A stretch of 64,000 nt of DNA, taken from IMG/VR virus record IMGVR_UViG_3300028734_000011; one strand, 5' to 3'. Below the pieces are notes generated by a model, which was given only the letters and a program-made list of their open reading frames with translations, was not told where the DNA came from and ran no database searches. The DNA is from a virus. Positions 8,900-18,640 of this stretch are shown in pieces (the first letter of the stretch is position 1; each line of letters starts with the position of its first letter). The position numbers and the translations under genes were made by a program.

Positions 8900-9409
8900 A
8901 TGAAATATTTAAAAACTTTTGAAAAGAGTAAAGAAAAAGAAGATACTATATTATACAAAAATAAGGATTTTACAATTATAATAAATAATAAAAATGATAA
9001 TATGACATATTACACAAATTATAGATCATGTTCTCCTATTTATGGTATGATAGATCAAATAAGAGAAAAATCAATTTTTTTAAATGATACAGAGTTAAGA
9101 AGAATTAAATTAACTGGTTATGAAAAATCTTTTGCTATGCTATCATTAGATCCACAATATTTTAAAAATAAGCTTAAATATCATTCATCTGTAATTAATG
9201 GATTTATAGGAGATGCATCAAAAGTTGAAGTTTCTAAATTACCAGATAAAGTATATTCTGAGTTAAGTGAATTTTATTTGCCTCTAATAGAAGATGTCAT
9301 AAAAAAATCTGAAACAATTGGAGATATAATTGATTCTTTTAAAATTTTATATGATGATATAACTGAAAAATTGCCTATGTATATAATTGGTTCAAAATTT
9401 AACTTATAA
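8900..9409 (+). CDS. cassette-family protein (long, 169 aa)
   Basis: N-term MKYLKTFEKS, C-term GSKFNL, then TAA and a terminator. Confidence 0.55.
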   Translation: MKYLKTFEKSKEKEDTILYKNKDFTIIINNKNDNMTYYTNYRSCSPIYGMIDQIREKSIFLNDTELRRIKLTGYEKSFAMLSLDPQYFKNKLKYHSSVINGFIGDASKVEVSKLPDKVYSELSEFYLPLIEDVIKKSETIGDIIDSFKILYDDITEKLPMYIIGSKFNL

Positions 9410-9440
9410 AAAAGCATCAATTAAATTGATGCTTTTATTT
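9409..9440. terminator. bidirectional intrinsic terminator
   Basis: AAAAGCATCAATTaaATTGATGCTTTT between convergent genes. Confidence 0.65.
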
Positions 9441-10128
9441 ATTTCCATTTTTTTATGAAATCAATTTCAGATTTTCTAAATAATATATCTAGTCTATATC
9501 CATCACAGCTAAGTATTTTTCCAACTGAATACCTAAAAATAACATTTTTGTAATGTCCTTCTGACTCAAACATTTTTTTTGCACATATTTTTAATATTTT
9601 CTTACGTTTTCTTGGTAATCTTTTTCTAATCATTTCCCAATGAGAAGGATTTGGATTTTTTGGTTTTGTATAAGAATGTTTTTTACAATAATAATTATCC
9701 TTATAATCAGTAGTATATGAAGTAGGCTTACCACATTTACAGCATTTTGTCAAAGGTTCAAATACCGTAGATGAATATGAACAATGTTTACAGTATGCAT
9801 ATCCATCAGTTCTATTTCTACGTTCCATTTCATGATTACAAGTTAAAATTTTTTGATATTTTTTCCAAGCATTTTCTTCAGATTCTTCCATTGTTTTTCC
9901 TTCACCTCTAATAAAGCATTCTGGATTTTTTGGAAATGCTTCAAAAAATGCTGTTTCATAACATTTCTTGCTTGACATTCCTTCTGATAATTCTTTTAAA
10001 GGATCACCAGAAAATACTTTATCAAAACTACCTGATGGTAAAACAATTCCAGATTCTCCTCCTTGACAAAAACAATTCCAATCATACTTAGAATCATATT
10101 CATTACTGCTTGACATTCTTACTTTCAT
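9439..10128 (-). CDS. Cys-rich zinc-finger-like protein
   Basis: 229 aa with many Cys/His clusters (CNHEMERRNRTDGYAYCKHC, CCKCGKP, YCKKHSY) and a basic C-terminal tail. Confidence 0.5.
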   Translation of the reverse strand: MKVRMSSSNEYDSKYDWNCFCQGGESGIVLPSGSFDKVFSGDPLKELSEGMSSKKCYETAFFEAFPKNPECFIRGEGKTMEESEENAWKKYQKILTCNHEMERRNRTDGYAYCKHCSYSSTVFEPLTKCCKCGKPTSYTTDYKDNYYCKKHSYTKPKNPNPSHWEMIRKRLPRKRKKILKICAKKMFESEGHYKNVIFRYSVGKILSCDGYRLDILFRKSEIDFIKKWK

Positions 10129-10349
10129 ATGTTTGTATATTTTAATTTATCTAATTTTTTTCTTCTAATTTCTTTTGTTGTATCAAAATAATCATTTATA
10201 TTAGACATTTTTATTTCAGGAAAATCATAAAACATATGTCCATTAATTTTAATAAATCCATCATTTACATAGTTATCATCATTTTCAGTATTATAGTATT
10301 TACCTACAATAAAATAATCATTTTTTGCCTTTTTACATAGATATTTCAT
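10125..10349 (-). CDS. hypothetical protein, MKYLCK paralog family
   Basis: MKYLCKKAKNDYFIVGKYYN...EIRRKKLDKLKYTNI; paralogous to 10385..10606. Confidence 0.4.
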   Translation of the reverse strand: MKYLCKKAKNDYFIVGKYYNTENDDNYVNDGFIKINGHMFYDFPEIKMSNINDYFDTTKEIRRKKLDKLKYTNI

Positions 10350-10384
10350 TATGAATTTTTTATATGAGGCAAAGATACAATAAA

Positions 10385-10606
10385 TTATTTAATATCAAGC
10401 AATTTTTTTAATTTTATTTTTCTAATTTCTTTTACAGTATAAAAATATTTATATATTTTTGGTTCTGATGGATTATTTGTATTCATAACAAAAAATAATT
10501 TTTCAATTTTAACATAATCTTTATTATTTGTTAAATAACTATTATAATATTCACCAGAAATAATTTCTTTTGAATATGTTCTTTTACATAAATATTTCAT
10601 TTGCAC
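10385..10606 (-). CDS. hypothetical protein, MKYLCK paralog family
   Basis: MQMKYLCKRTYSKEIISGEYYN...EIRKIKLKKLLDIK. Confidence 0.4.
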   Translation of the reverse strand: MQMKYLCKRTYSKEIISGEYYNSYLTNNKDYVKIEKLFFVMNTNNPSEPKIYKYFYTVKEIRKIKLKKLLDIK

Positions 10607-10800
10607 TTATTCATTATTGTTGTAATTTCATCTTTATCAGTAATATTATATTTCTTCAAATCTTTCATAATATTAAAAGAGAATGTATCATCAAATAATA
10701 CTACATCACTTTTAAAATATTTAAAAAAACTTAAATAATCTCCACTATTTGCAATATTTTTAAGTGAATCTTTTGATATATATCTTTTGTTGAATCCCAT
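10597..10800 (-). CDS. hypothetical protein
   Basis: 67-aa ORF, start of the minus-strand block; a divergent promoter region follows. Confidence 0.35.
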   Translation of the reverse strand: MGFNKRYISKDSLKNIANSGDYLSFFKYFKSDVVLFDDTFSFNIMKDLKKYNITDKDEITTIMNKCK

Positions 10801-10952
10801 GATTTTTATTTTTATTTTATATAATTATTAATTTATTATGTTTGATATTTAATAATATTTAACTACAATATAATGATATTAATTCTTATATATTTTTGTA
10901 TATCAGATTTTTGTTGTACTTTTGTATATCATTAATTTAAAATATAAACAAT

Positions 10953-11714
10953 ATGGAATTAATTGGATTTGCAAATAAATTTTACACTCTTTGGAGTTAT
11001 TCAGAAGAACCTTTGTATAGCACAGTTAATAATCAATCATATCAATATGGTATCAGACAGATATATAATTACATTAAGAATATATCTTTTGATTTAGATA
11101 AAGTTAAAGAACTTTATCCTGATGTTGTAATTGATGATGAATTAAAAGGTAAAAGTGCAAGTTGGACAACAGAGCCAAAATTTGAATACCCTGCTGAATG
11201 TTTTCATTTTGGTAAATACCAGGGACAACTTATCAGTGAGTGTAAAGACCAATCTTATCTGATTTGGTACTATGAAAATGGTTTGTATGATGAACGTCTT
11301 ACTATAACAAAAAATAGATTAGTTGAATTAGGATGTGGTTTTTATGATGATATGATATTTTCATCTATAGAATTACTTAATCAGTATACTGAAAGAATAA
11401 CTAAACAAGCGGAACTTTCAAAGATTATTTGTGAAACTTATGATAAATATAAAACACCTGGTATTTTTTCATATGATTTTAATCATTCTTTAAACAGTGA
11501 AGGAAATTATGCAGATGCTTCATTTGATTTTCATTTCAATGAATATTCTGAACAATATTATTCTGGATATAATTTTGGATTACCTTTAATGAATGGTAAG
11601 GCTAAAAGAATTAAAAACAAAGTTCTTGAAATGGAGGTTGTTACAGTAGAAAATGATGAACTTGACTATAAATATTTTAAAGTATTAAGCCTTAAATCAG
11701 TAAAAAATATATAA
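10953..11714 (+). CDS. hypothetical protein
   Basis: 253-aa ORF, no recognisable motif. Confidence 0.45.
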   Translation: MELIGFANKFYTLWSYSEEPLYSTVNNQSYQYGIRQIYNYIKNISFDLDKVKELYPDVVIDDELKGKSASWTTEPKFEYPAECFHFGKYQGQLISECKDQSYLIWYYENGLYDERLTITKNRLVELGCGFYDDMIFSSIELLNQYTERITKQAELSKIICETYDKYKTPGIFSYDFNHSLNSEGNYADASFDFHFNEYSEQYYSGYNFGLPLMNGKAKRIKNKVLEMEVVTVENDELDYKYFKVLSLKSVKNI

Positions 11715-11984
11715 ATGAATATAATTAAAAAAGTAATAAAAAATATTATCAGAGAATTTAAACCAGTGTATACTCAAGTGGTAACTGATGTTCCTGATGA
11801 ACAATATTATGAATATAAATGTTATAAAAACGACAAATATACTCATACTGTGAATATGCATTATTTCACAAATGAACAGATTAATGAATTTAAAGATATT
11901 CAAGAACAAATAAGTAATCAGCAAAAAGAAACATTAAACAAAAAAATACAGAATATAAAAAATAATAATCATTATGAAAATTAA
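11715..11984 (+). CDS. hypothetical protein
   Basis: 89-aa ORF starting 1 nt after the previous stop. Confidence 0.4.
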   Translation: MNIIKKVIKNIIREFKPVYTQVVTDVPDEQYYEYKCYKNDKYTHTVNMHYFTNEQINEFKDIQEQISNQQKETLNKKIQNIKNNNHYEN

Positions 11985-12225
11985 TAATGAAGAGGAATAT
12001 ATTGAAGCAAAAGAATCAATTAGAGAATATGAAAAAATAAATGATATTATATTTCCATATAATATCCATGTAGGCGATACAGTTGCTTATGTTTCTAACA
12101 GTAAAAGATTTGGAAATGAACTTATAAACGTAAAAGTAACTGAAAGTTTTCTTAGCGATCTTATTAAATATGAAGGTATTGAAAATTTTCATCAATTTAG
12201 AATAGTAAAAAAATACGATGAATGA
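11974..12225 (+). CDS. hypothetical protein
   Basis: 83-aa ORF, overlaps neighbours by a few nt. Confidence 0.4.
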   Translation: MKINNEEEYIEAKESIREYEKINDIIFPYNIHVGDTVAYVSNSKRFGNELINVKVTESFLSDLIKYEGIENFHQFRIVKKYDE

Positions 12226-12448
12226 TCCTAAATTTAAAAAAGGTGATAAATGTATATATGTATATCGAATTTTAGAAGATGATAAATTTTTATCTATTCT
12301 TGATTATGATATGACAATTTCAGATAATCCATGGTTTTATGAACAATATAATATATGGTATTATCCTATAAAAGGAAAGGCGAATGATTGTCCTGAATAT
12401 TTTCTTAGAATTTGGGAAAATGATATTGATATGTTTTATGATGAATAA
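12218..12448 (+). CDS. hypothetical protein
   Basis: 76-aa ORF. Confidence 0.4.
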   Translation: MNDPKFKKGDKCIYVYRILEDDKFLSILDYDMTISDNPWFYEQYNIWYYPIKGKANDCPEYFLRIWENDIDMFYDE

Positions 12449-12459
12449 AAAAATATAAA

Positions 12460-13260
12460 ATGAATAAAGAAGAATTAATACAAGTGTTTGAAGACACAAA
12501 ATTACACAGTGAATGTATGTTGAAATCAGAAACTACTATACATTCATTTGATGATAGATTAATGCCAGATATTAGCATTCCTTGTCATGAAAACATACAA
12601 GTTATAAATTCTGATAGTGTATCTGCAGTTACAGAATATAGTAAATTAGGAAAAACTTGTGTTCTTAATATGGCATCATTTAAACGTCCAGGTGGAGGAG
12701 TTGCAAAAGGGTCCAAAGCACAGGAAGAATGCTTATTTAGATGCTCAAATTTGATTCATTTAATTAATACTGATAATTATCCATTGAATGATGATAACGC
12801 ATTATACACTAAAGATGCCACATTTTTCAAGGATGTATATTATAATTATATGAATGACGTTCAATCTGATGTTGTAACTATTGCAGCATTAAATCTTAGA
12901 AATGTTGATATTAATAGTCATTCTGATACAATAACAAGTGAAAATATATCATCAATAAATTCTGATGGAATAACAATATCAAATTGGGATTATGAACAAC
13001 TTACTAAGGAAAAAATAAGATTGATGTTATCACTTGCAATTAAAAATGATGTTGATATTATAATTTTAGGCTCATTCGGATGTGGAGTTTTCAAAAATGA
13101 TCCTGAAAAAATGGCTAAAATATTCAAGAAATTATTAGTAAATGAAGGATATTCTAAATATTTTGAAAAAGTAATATTTGCGATTATCAATGACAATAAC
13201 TCAGTAGGTAATAATTATGAAATTTTCAAAAATGTTTTTAGTGATTATAATTTAATTTAA
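12460..13260 (+). CDS. bacterial-type poly(ADP-ribose) glycohydrolase-like macrodomain protein (DUF2263-like)
   Basis: FKRPGGGVAKGSKAQEE matches the PARG signature GGG-x6-8-QEE; a second Gly-rich loop LGSFGCGVFKNDP is typical of the macro fold. Confidence 0.6.
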   Translation: MNKEELIQVFEDTKLHSECMLKSETTIHSFDDRLMPDISIPCHENIQVINSDSVSAVTEYSKLGKTCVLNMASFKRPGGGVAKGSKAQEECLFRCSNLIHLINTDNYPLNDDNALYTKDATFFKDVYYNYMNDVQSDVVTIAALNLRNVDINSHSDTITSENISSINSDGITISNWDYEQLTKEKIRLMLSLAIKNDVDIIILGSFGCGVFKNDPEKMAKIFKKLLVNEGYSKYFEKVIFAIINDNNSVGNNYEIFKNVFSDYNLI

Positions 13261-13269
13261 TTTAATATT

Positions 13270-14022
13270 ATGAAAAATGCATTAAGTTTATTGCAGTCAA
13301 AAGCATTAGTAGACACTATTAACATGTTATATGATGATGGTGATTTAGCTATAATTTTACCAGAATTATATAACTTATACACAACTAATGATGGTCATAA
13401 AAATAATTATTACCACACATTAGGAGTACTTAATAATGTAATTAAATATGACAATGATAACTTAAAAATGAAAATTGTTGCATTATTACATGATATTGGA
13501 AAGATTTCTGTTAGATCTAAAAATGATGATGGAAATTGGACATTTCATGATCATGAAAATGTAGGAGCAAAAATGGTTAAAAAAATCTTGAAAAGATTTA
13601 ATATAACCAATAAGAAAACTATTGATTATGTTTACAGAATGGTTAAATATCATGGTAGAGTAAAAATGCACAGAGATGTAACAGAATCAGCTATAAGAAG
13701 GCTTGACGTGGAAGTTGGACCTGATATAGTATTAGAGTTGATTGAGTTCTGTAAGTGTGACATAACCACTAAATATGAAGATAAAAGACAACGTATTGTT
13801 TCAGGATTAGATGAAATAAAAAAAAGAATATTAGAAGTTCGTAACAAAGACAATGAATCTAAATGGCGTTCTCCAATAACAGGAATTATAATAATGAAAA
13901 TGTTAGGAATAACTACTGGTAGAATGGTTGGAGATATAAAGAAAGTAACTGATGAAAAAATAAAATCAGGTGAATGGACTGAAGATGATGCTATTAAATA
14001 CATTGAAACATTTAAGATATAA
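13270..14022 (+). CDS. HD-domain phosphohydrolase
   Basis: YYHTLGV...ALLHDIGK...HDHENVGAKMV: the H...HD...D metal-binding pattern of HD-superfamily enzymes (cf. HD domains of CCA enzymes and 2',3'-cyclic phosphodiesterases). Confidence 0.6.
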   Translation: MKNALSLLQSKALVDTINMLYDDGDLAIILPELYNLYTTNDGHKNNYYHTLGVLNNVIKYDNDNLKMKIVALLHDIGKISVRSKNDDGNWTFHDHENVGAKMVKKILKRFNITNKKTIDYVYRMVKYHGRVKMHRDVTESAIRRLDVEVGPDIVLELIEFCKCDITTKYEDKRQRIVSGLDEIKKRILEVRNKDNESKWRSPITGIIIMKMLGITTGRMVGDIKKVTDEKIKSGEWTEDDAIKYIETFKI

Positions 14023-14107
14023 TATGTAGTGCAAAATAGCACGCTTGATACCCAAAAAAGGATAAACAATTAAACTCAAGAGGTCCTGTAAAATCAGGCA
14101 TATTTAG

Positions 14108-14140
14108 AAAAAGATAATACTTATGTATTATCTTTTTTGT
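14108..14140 (+). terminator. rho-independent terminator
   Basis: AAAAAGATAATACttatGTATTATCTTTTTTGTTTTTG. Confidence 0.6.
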
Positions 14141-14177
14141 TTTTGTATAATTAAATAATAATATATAAAAATAAAAA

Positions 14178-15047
14178 ATGCATAAAGTATTAATAACAGG
14201 AGGTGCTGGATTTGTAGGAACTAATCTTATTAAATATTTAAAGAAAAATTATAAAGACATAGAAATATCATCATTAGATAATTACTTCACAGGAAAAAAA
14301 GAAAACCATGTAGATGAAGTCATATATTACGAAGGTAATACATGGAATGCACCTGAAATATTTAAAGATAAAAAATTTGATACAGTATTTCATTTTGGAG
14401 AATATTCAAGAATTGTAAAATCATTTGATGATATTAAATATGTAGAAAAAACAATTTTATATGGCACTCCAATAATAATGGAATTATGTAGAGAATGGAA
14501 TGCAAAATTAATATATTCTGCTTCATCATCAAAATTTGGAAATAATGGAGAAAATGAAAATTTAGCTCCATATTCATGGATGAAATCAAAGATTGTTGAA
14601 CTTATCAAAAATTATAATAATTGGTATAATTTACAATATGAAATTTGCTATTTTTTTAACGTGTATGGTGAATGTCAAATAATGACAGGTGATTATGCTA
14701 CTGTAATAGGTATATTTGAGCATCAATATATAGAAGGTAGCAAATGTACAGTTGTTGAACCAGGTACTCAGAGCAGAGACTTTACACACATTGAGGACAT
14801 TGTTAGAGGAGTAGTATTATCATCATTTACAAATATGAATCATGAATGGTATTTAAGGTCTGGAATAAATACTAACATTATTGATGTCGCTAAAATGTTT
14901 GGAGAATTTAAATTTGTATCTAAAAGAAAAGGTGAGAGATATACATCAGAAGAATTTGAGAATGATACTGAAAGTGAATTAAAATGGATACCAGAACATA
15001 AATTAGAAGATTGGATAGAATTAATAAAAAACAAAAAGAGAGATTAA
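14178..15047 (+). CDS. NAD-dependent epimerase/dehydratase (extended SDR)
   Basis: N-terminal Rossmann motif VLITGGAGFVGTNL; catalytic YxxxK (YSWMK). Confidence 0.7.
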   Translation: MHKVLITGGAGFVGTNLIKYLKKNYKDIEISSLDNYFTGKKENHVDEVIYYEGNTWNAPEIFKDKKFDTVFHFGEYSRIVKSFDDIKYVEKTILYGTPIIMELCREWNAKLIYSASSSKFGNNGENENLAPYSWMKSKIVELIKNYNNWYNLQYEICYFFNVYGECQIMTGDYATVIGIFEHQYIEGSKCTVVEPGTQSRDFTHIEDIVRGVVLSSFTNMNHEWYLRSGINTNIIDVAKMFGEFKFVSKRKGERYTSEEFENDTESELKWIPEHKLEDWIELIKNKKRD

Positions 15048-15062
15048 AAATCTCTCTTTTTG
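15036..15062 (+). terminator. rho-independent terminator
   Basis: AGAGAGAttaaaaaTCTCTCTTTTTG immediately after the stop. Confidence 0.55.
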
Positions 15063-15293
15063 TTATAATGCACCTTCTGATTTCATATCATCTTCTAATT
15101 TTAAAATTCTTTCTTCAAGAGCTTCTTTTTTATCTTTCCACATAAATGACACTTCATTGTAGAATGCTAAATTCCATAGTCTATCTGGATATTTCCATTC
15201 TGAATGACGTTTTAGTCTATCAATTAGAGAATAATAATCAGAACTATACGTTTCTGATACATTTTTGTTTGAATTATTTTCCATTATTTTCAA
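15063..15293 (-). CDS. hypothetical protein
   Basis: 76-aa ORF. Confidence 0.4.
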   Translation of the reverse strand: MKIMENNSNKNVSETYSSDYYSLIDRLKRHSEWKYPDRLWNLAFYNEVSFMWKDKKEALEERILKLEDDMKSEGAL

Positions 15294-15296
15294 TTA

Positions 15297-15575
15297 TTAT
15301 TTAGTTACTCTAACAATTGTATATTTCTCAGAAAAATCTCCGTTATCATGTTTAGTTTTTTCAACTTCAAATTCTCCTTTATTCAAAGAATTTAAGTATT
15401 TATGAAAATTTGATTCACTACCTTTTGAATTTTTACCTGTATAGCCAATAAGGTTAAATTCTTTTCTTTCTTCTTCATTTAAAAAGTTTAAATTATCGTA
15501 AAATGAAGATAAATATCCACTATTTGTAACTATTTTATGAATTTCTATTGCCATAATAATATTAATTAATTTCAC
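15297..15575 (-). CDS. hypothetical protein
   Basis: 92-aa ORF. Confidence 0.4.
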   Translation of the reverse strand: MKLINIIMAIEIHKIVTNSGYLSSFYDNLNFLNEEERKEFNLIGYTGKNSKGSESNFHKYLNSLNKGEFEVEKTKHDNGDFSEKYTIVRVTK

Positions 15576-15948
15576 ATATATTTAATTCAGAATTTACCTT
15601 TTCAACAAAAATAAGAATTTTTTCAACTACTTTATTCATTGATTTTACATTACATTTACGAAATTTAGAATTTAATCTTTCTCTGTTTGATGAATCTTTT
15701 TGATGTAAAGAGCATTCAAATACTTCGACTTCACCAGATTGTTCAATATTAAATCTTAAATAATTGGAATTTTGAAGATATCCATAATGCCAATTTTCAT
15801 TTTTATCAAATGATATAGTCAATATAATAGTATCATTTCCCATGCAAGCATTTGATACATTAAGATATTCTACCTTATCAGTTAATTCTTTACGTAAAAA
15901 TTCAATCGCATCAATTTGTTTTAAATTTTCATTATTGAAGATTCTCAT
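15562..15948 (-). CDS. hypothetical protein
   Basis: 128-aa ORF. Confidence 0.4.
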   Translation of the reverse strand: MRIFNNENLKQIDAIEFLRKELTDKVEYLNVSNACMGNDTIILTISFDKNENWHYGYLQNSNYLRFNIEQSGEVEVFECSLHQKDSSNRERLNSKFRKCNVKSMNKVVEKILIFVEKVNSELNICEIN

Positions 15949-16018
15949 ATCTTTATAAATTTTAATGATTAATTTGTACTACAAAAGTACAAATAATTAT
16001 TCATTATACCAAATATAT

Positions 16019-16483
16019 TTAATTTTTTTCTTTTGTTAAATCAATTTTTAATTTGATTTTTTTATTATACATAGCATTAAATATTTCCTCATGTGAAAAA
16101 TTCATTAGGCAAATATTCATACTATCATCAGATAATTCATTATCTTTTACTATAATATCTTCTCCTAATTTATTTTTTCCAATTTTTTTAACTTCAATTT
16201 TAGGACGTGGATAAATAAGAGTTTCCGGTTTTTTATATTCATGTAATCCGACAACTATCTCTCTTGATCTTATTTTATCAGTAAATATTTCATCATTCAT
16301 AACTGAAATACCATCATTTATTTTAGATAAAAATTCTTTATCATTTTCATGAACATAAATATGAAAAATATTAACCATAGTTGATATAACATCTTTATCT
16401 GTTGCCTCATATTTCATTGTCTTACAATTCATCAGAAATTTCTTATAACCTTTTTCAATCAAAAAATTTTCAAATGCTATCAT
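16019..16483 (-). CDS. hypothetical protein
   Basis: 154-aa ORF. Confidence 0.4.
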   Translation of the reverse strand: MIAFENFLIEKGYKKFLMNCKTMKYEATDKDVISTMVNIFHIYVHENDKEFLSKINDGISVMNDEIFTDKIRSREIVVGLHEYKKPETLIYPRPKIEVKKIGKNKLGEDIIVKDNELSDDSMNICLMNFSHEEIFNAMYNKKIKLKIDLTKEKN

Positions 16484-16805
16484 CTTCTATTATATTACCT
16501 AAATTATCTAATTTTGTTTTTCTAACATATTGAACACACTCATCATAATATCTTTTACAATCACGATTATAATAAGTTTCTACGTTCTGCTGTCCTTTCT
16601 CATTTGCATCTTTAACAACAGATTGTAAGCATTCACCACAACAATAGCTCCACAATGTACTCATTCTAGTATCATCTCCAAGAAAAACTGAAAATTCTTG
16701 ATTATTTACTTTGCAGTTATTACATAATGTTGAACCTTTCCCTGTATAGCCTACTATGACATGACTGAAAAGTTTATAATATTCATTTTTGTCTGGCTTT
16801 TTCAT
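16470..16805 (-). CDS. Cys-rich hypothetical protein
   Basis: 111 aa; CNNCKVN...CCGECLQ...CKRYYDEC. Confidence 0.4.
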   Translation of the reverse strand: MKKPDKNEYYKLFSHVIVGYTGKGSTLCNNCKVNNQEFSVFLGDDTRMSTLWSYCCGECLQSVVKDANEKGQQNVETYYNRDCKRYYDECVQYVRKTKLDNLGNIIEDDSI

Positions 16806-16806
16806 T

Positions 16807-17127
16807 TTATTTTTTTAATAATTTTAATTTTTTCTTTCTCAAAAAATTTTCAATATTTTTATCAAGTTTTTCTTTACTTACTAAAATACTACCTTTACCT
16901 TGAGTATAATCACAACAATCAATCCAATATTCAAATGTTATACCATCATCGTAAATATCAGTATGAGTAATAACTGAATAATTACCAAAATTACTATATT
17001 TATCTAATAATTCTGTAGCTAATTCTAAATATTGTTCTGTGATAGAATCAGCTTTATCTATTAAAACTTCTCTTTTTTTGTATATTACGTCATAAATCAT
17101 GATTCTGATATTTCTGAAATTAGCCAA
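16807..17127 (-). CDS. hypothetical protein
   Basis: 106-aa ORF. Confidence 0.4.
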   Translation of the reverse strand: MANFRNIRIMIYDVIYKKREVLIDKADSITEQYLELATELLDKYSNFGNYSVITHTDIYDDGITFEYWIDCCDYTQGKGSILVSKEKLDKNIENFLRKKKLKLLKK

Positions 17128-17471
17128 TTCATAAAATCTAACTCAGTTAAAAAAACTAAAATGGAATTCTCATCATAAGGAAAATCACACATAACACTTG
17201 AGCCAGAGATATTTTTTTCTATTTTTATATCATCTGATGTAAAAATAATTTTTATTTGTGTAGTCTCACCTTCTTCATAATCATTCCATCCATATGTTGC
17301 TTCAATAATATTATCATATATCACATCATATTCCAATATTGGTCCAGTTTCACTACCATTATGATAATATTCTGAATTGACTTTTTCTTCTTTATCAAAT
17401 AAAGCAATAGAGTTTAACATTACATCTGTTACATTCATAATATATAATATTTTAAAATTATAAGAATACAA
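17097..17471 (-). CDS. hypothetical protein
   Basis: 124-aa ORF. Confidence 0.4.
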   Translation of the reverse strand: MYSYNFKILYIMNVTDVMLNSIALFDKEEKVNSEYYHNGSETGPILEYDVIYDNIIEATYGWNDYEEGETTQIKIIFTSDDIKIEKNISGSSVMCDFPYDENSILVFLTELDFMNWLISEISES

Positions 17472-17544
17472 AGATAGTTATTTAAAATGATGTAGCCTAA
17501 TATAGTATTAATTTTTAGAAAATCAATTTAATATATATAGTCAT

Positions 17545-17889
17545 ATGAAATACTTGAAATGCTTTGAAGATTTATCAAATAGTGATTATAAGAAAGGTGA
17601 TTATGTTTTATTAGATTTAGATAAAATTAGATATAATAATAATGAGAGTGGTGACGTAGATGTAGATGAAAATGGTGATCCTACGCCATTTGATAAATAT
17701 GCATTAATAAATGAAATTACAGTTGAATTGAATAATGGTCAATTTCTATATAATGTCATATTTTATAATTATAATAAAGAAATAAATAATTCATATGGAG
17801 TTCAATCAGATGAAATAATAAGAAAACTAAACTCAAGTGAGATAGAAGTTTTTAATAGAAAAAAAGATGCATTAAAATATAACATATGA
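17545..17889 (+). CDS. cassette-family protein, GDYV subtype (first of array 2)
   Basis: MKYLKCFEDLSNSDYKKGDYVLL... C-term ALKYNI. Confidence 0.55.
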   Translation: MKYLKCFEDLSNSDYKKGDYVLLDLDKIRYNNNESGDVDVDENGDPTPFDKYALINEITVELNNGQFLYNVIFYNYNKEINNSYGVQSDEIIRKLNSSEIEVFNRKKDALKYNI

Positions 17890-18320
17890 AATATATCAAA
17901 AAATTTGAAAATAGATTTACTAACATATTTAAATCTTCTGATGTGAATATGTGGGATGAATATTTAGAAAACGAATTGGAAAATGATCATAGATTTAGTA
18001 AACTTTTTCAATCTGTACATATTGGAAATCTTAAAAGATTTGAATATTTATTACCAAAATATCTAGATAAAATAAATGATATTTATGATGGACAAAATAT
18101 ATTAATTAAGGTTATAATAGAAGATGTTGATTTATATGAACAAAAGAAGATGATTGAATTATTGTTAGATAACGGAATTGATTATAATTTTAAGTTTGAA
18201 GGTAAAACATTTTATGATTTTATGATTGATGAAAAATTAAAAAAATGGTTTGATAAAAAATATCCAGAAATAGTAAAAGAACTTAATTTAAATAAAAATG
18301 CAAATAAATTTAATTTATGA
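17886..18320 (+). CDS. cassette-family protein
   Basis: N-term MKYIKKFENR, C-term ANKFNL. Confidence 0.6.
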   Translation: MKYIKKFENRFTNIFKSSDVNMWDEYLENELENDHRFSKLFQSVHIGNLKRFEYLLPKYLDKINDIYDGQNILIKVIIEDVDLYEQKKMIELLLDNGIDYNFKFEGKTFYDFMIDEKLKKWFDKKYPEIVKELNLNKNANKFNL

Positions 18321-18640
18321 AATATATAAAAAAATTTGAAAAAACAAATAGAGATATAAAAAAAGGAGATTATGCTAAGTTAAATTTTCAAACACTTAAT
18401 TCAGAATTAAATAGTTTTTTTAGAAATAATTTTTGTAAAATTATTGAAACAAATGGATATAGTCCAATATGGTTTAAATTTGGATTTCAATACATACCAG
18501 ATGAACTTGTAGAATTTTTTAATAAGCAAGGTAAATATTATGTATATCATATACAATTGAGTACTGATGATGTAGTAGATTATGCTAGAACAATTGAAGA
18601 TTTAGAACTAAAATTATCAACAAAAAAATTTAATTTATGA
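18317..18640 (+). CDS. cassette-family protein, GDYV-like
   Basis: MKYIKKFEKTNRDIKKGDYAKL... C-term TKKFNL. Confidence 0.6.
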   Translation: MKYIKKFEKTNRDIKKGDYAKLNFQTLNSELNSFFRNNFCKIIETNGYSPIWFKFGFQYIPDELVEFFNKQGKYYVYHIQLSTDDVVDYARTIEDLELKLSTKKFNL

